NCBI GenBank assembly: GCA_963920595.1
Contig: OY986947.1
Span: 2,232,001-2,296,000 of the forward strand
Direction of reading: 5' to 3'
Origin: Eimeria praecox
Taxonomy: Eukaryota
Length of the DNA: 64,000 bases
The notes under the pieces were generated by a model that saw only the letters and a program-made list of their open reading frames with translations, was not told where the DNA came from and searched no databases. Below are positions 63,040-64,000 of this stretch, piece by piece; within the stretch, counting starts at the first letter, position 1; every line of letters begins with the position of its first letter. The position numbers were made by a program, and so were the translations under genes.

Positions 63040-63270
63040 TAACTCACTGCTTATCCAAGTTCGTTTTAATGGTCAGTTGTTATCGTTACTGTGTAAAGGC
63101 TGCGAAGTGGATATGATATTTGAGCTACGTTGAGGAGGTGCAACCGGTAAAACTATGGGCGTAAAGTGTGTGTTCTATTTAGAAATGGGTCTTATTACTA
63201 TGGCAACGGACTTCTATGTTGGACGGGTTCACCACGAGATGATCATTGATATGCCGTGGGTGACTAAGTG
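63040..63270 (+). pseudogene. Retropepsin-type aspartic protease remnant
   Basis: VRFNGQLLSLLCKGCEVDMI is a degenerate V.ING..ALLDSGA..N.I with the catalytic D lost. Downstream HEMIIDMPWV matches the D.ILGMPWL motif. Confidence 0.6.
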
Positions 63271-63639
63271 AAGGGTGCGCATGCGGCCTCGAGGCAAGGC
63301 TATAGCAGTATAGATGCTGGAGGCGGATGAGGCAGTACATCGTTCAGCCGTTCCAACAACATTAGCCTCCTCTACGGTGATAGGGGAATAAATGCTCCAA
63401 GGAGAAACGCGCAAGGAGGACCATACGCAGAGCTGATGCACTGCTGGGACGACGGAGAAATGCGTGCCCTCGGGTGTGACGGCCATACGAGGACAGCAAC
63501 TTCGGAGGAGCCATTCCTGTTAGCTCCCGAAGAACAGCGCAGCACCAGTGGGCGAAAGTGAAGAAAGGATTCGCATATGTGCTGAGTAACAAGCGGGGTT
63601 CTAGCGTAGCGGTCACCTGCTGGACGCTCAATACGCTGC

Positions 63640-64000
63640 ACCGCACTTCCTGGAGCAGCCTTAAGCTTTGTTCTAGGATACGGGTGATCCCCACATCTTG
63701 AAGAAGAGTTCAGTGGCAGGCAAAGGAACTGCAAAACGAGGGCAAGGTTGAACTGTCAACTACAGCTTTTGGGCACAATCCGGTGTTAGCAAAGAAAAAG
63801 AAGGGGATGCATGTGGTGTGACGCATGCGCATCGACTTCAAACCACTCAACAAAACGACGGTGAAGCAACACAATTTTCCTATGCGCTGAATCAACTAAC
63901 TACGTGGCCGCTTGCAGGGTTCAGCAGTCTATCCGCCACTTGACTTCGCTGGCGCGTTTCTACAGATCCAATACATCCCGACGCTAGGGACAATACTGCA
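63640..64000 (+). pseudogene. pol: Reverse transcriptase N-terminal remnant (Ty3/Gypsy)
   Basis: SPHLEEE/QAKELQNEGKVELSTTAFGHNPVLAKKKKG...*RMRIDFKPLNKTTVKQHNFPMR*IN*LRGRLQGSAVYPPLDFAGAFLQI/IHPDARDNTA follows the canonical RT motifs (PV.LV.KKDG, R.C.DYR.LN..T, FP.P.ID.LL..L.G, LDL..GF.QI, KTAF). It has at least three stops and two frameshifts. Confidence 0.92.

Larger units (their letters stand above)
62060..64000 (+). mobile_element. Decayed Ty3/Gypsy-type LTR retrotransposon (gag-protease-RT remnants), truncated by the window end
   Basis: The domain order gag, PR, RT is as expected for Ty3/Gypsy. There are multiple in-frame stops and frameshifts, and the region has no CAG repeats. LTR boundaries were not identified. 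Confidence 0.9.

Overview
This is eukaryotic DNA, most consistent with a coccidian (Eimeria-type) apicomplexan genome. The basis is pervasive (CAG/GCT)n repeats, interstitial TTTAGGG/AAACCCT arrays, TGCATGCA octamers and a RAP-domain gene. Most ORFs in the six-frame track are artefacts of the trinucleotide repeats. I built GT-AG splice models by hand, checked them for reading-frame phase, and recovered about 7 plausible genes: (1) a ~4,380-aa protein with LRRs, an LRRcap, an (EAAAA)n rod and a degenerate PARP/ART-like C-terminus; (2) a 7-exon protein with a C2-like core; (3) a 9-exon TAF4-like protein; (4) a small secreted protein; (5) a RAP-domain protein; (6) a large low-complexity protein split by a 47-bp duplication; (7) an RNASEK/V-ATPase subunit f homologue. 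After ~61.2 kb the repeats stop and a decayed Ty3/Gypsy LTR retrotransposon (gag-PR-RT) runs off the window end. The most unusual signal is that repeats appear to supply splice sites. A dispersed palindrome, TGAGGTGTAYRTACACCTCA, forms the 5' donor of four introns in three unrelated genes, and telomeric TTTAGGG arrays lead directly into 3' acceptors in two unrelated genes. All gene models and family assignments are by eye, without database searches or RNA evidence.
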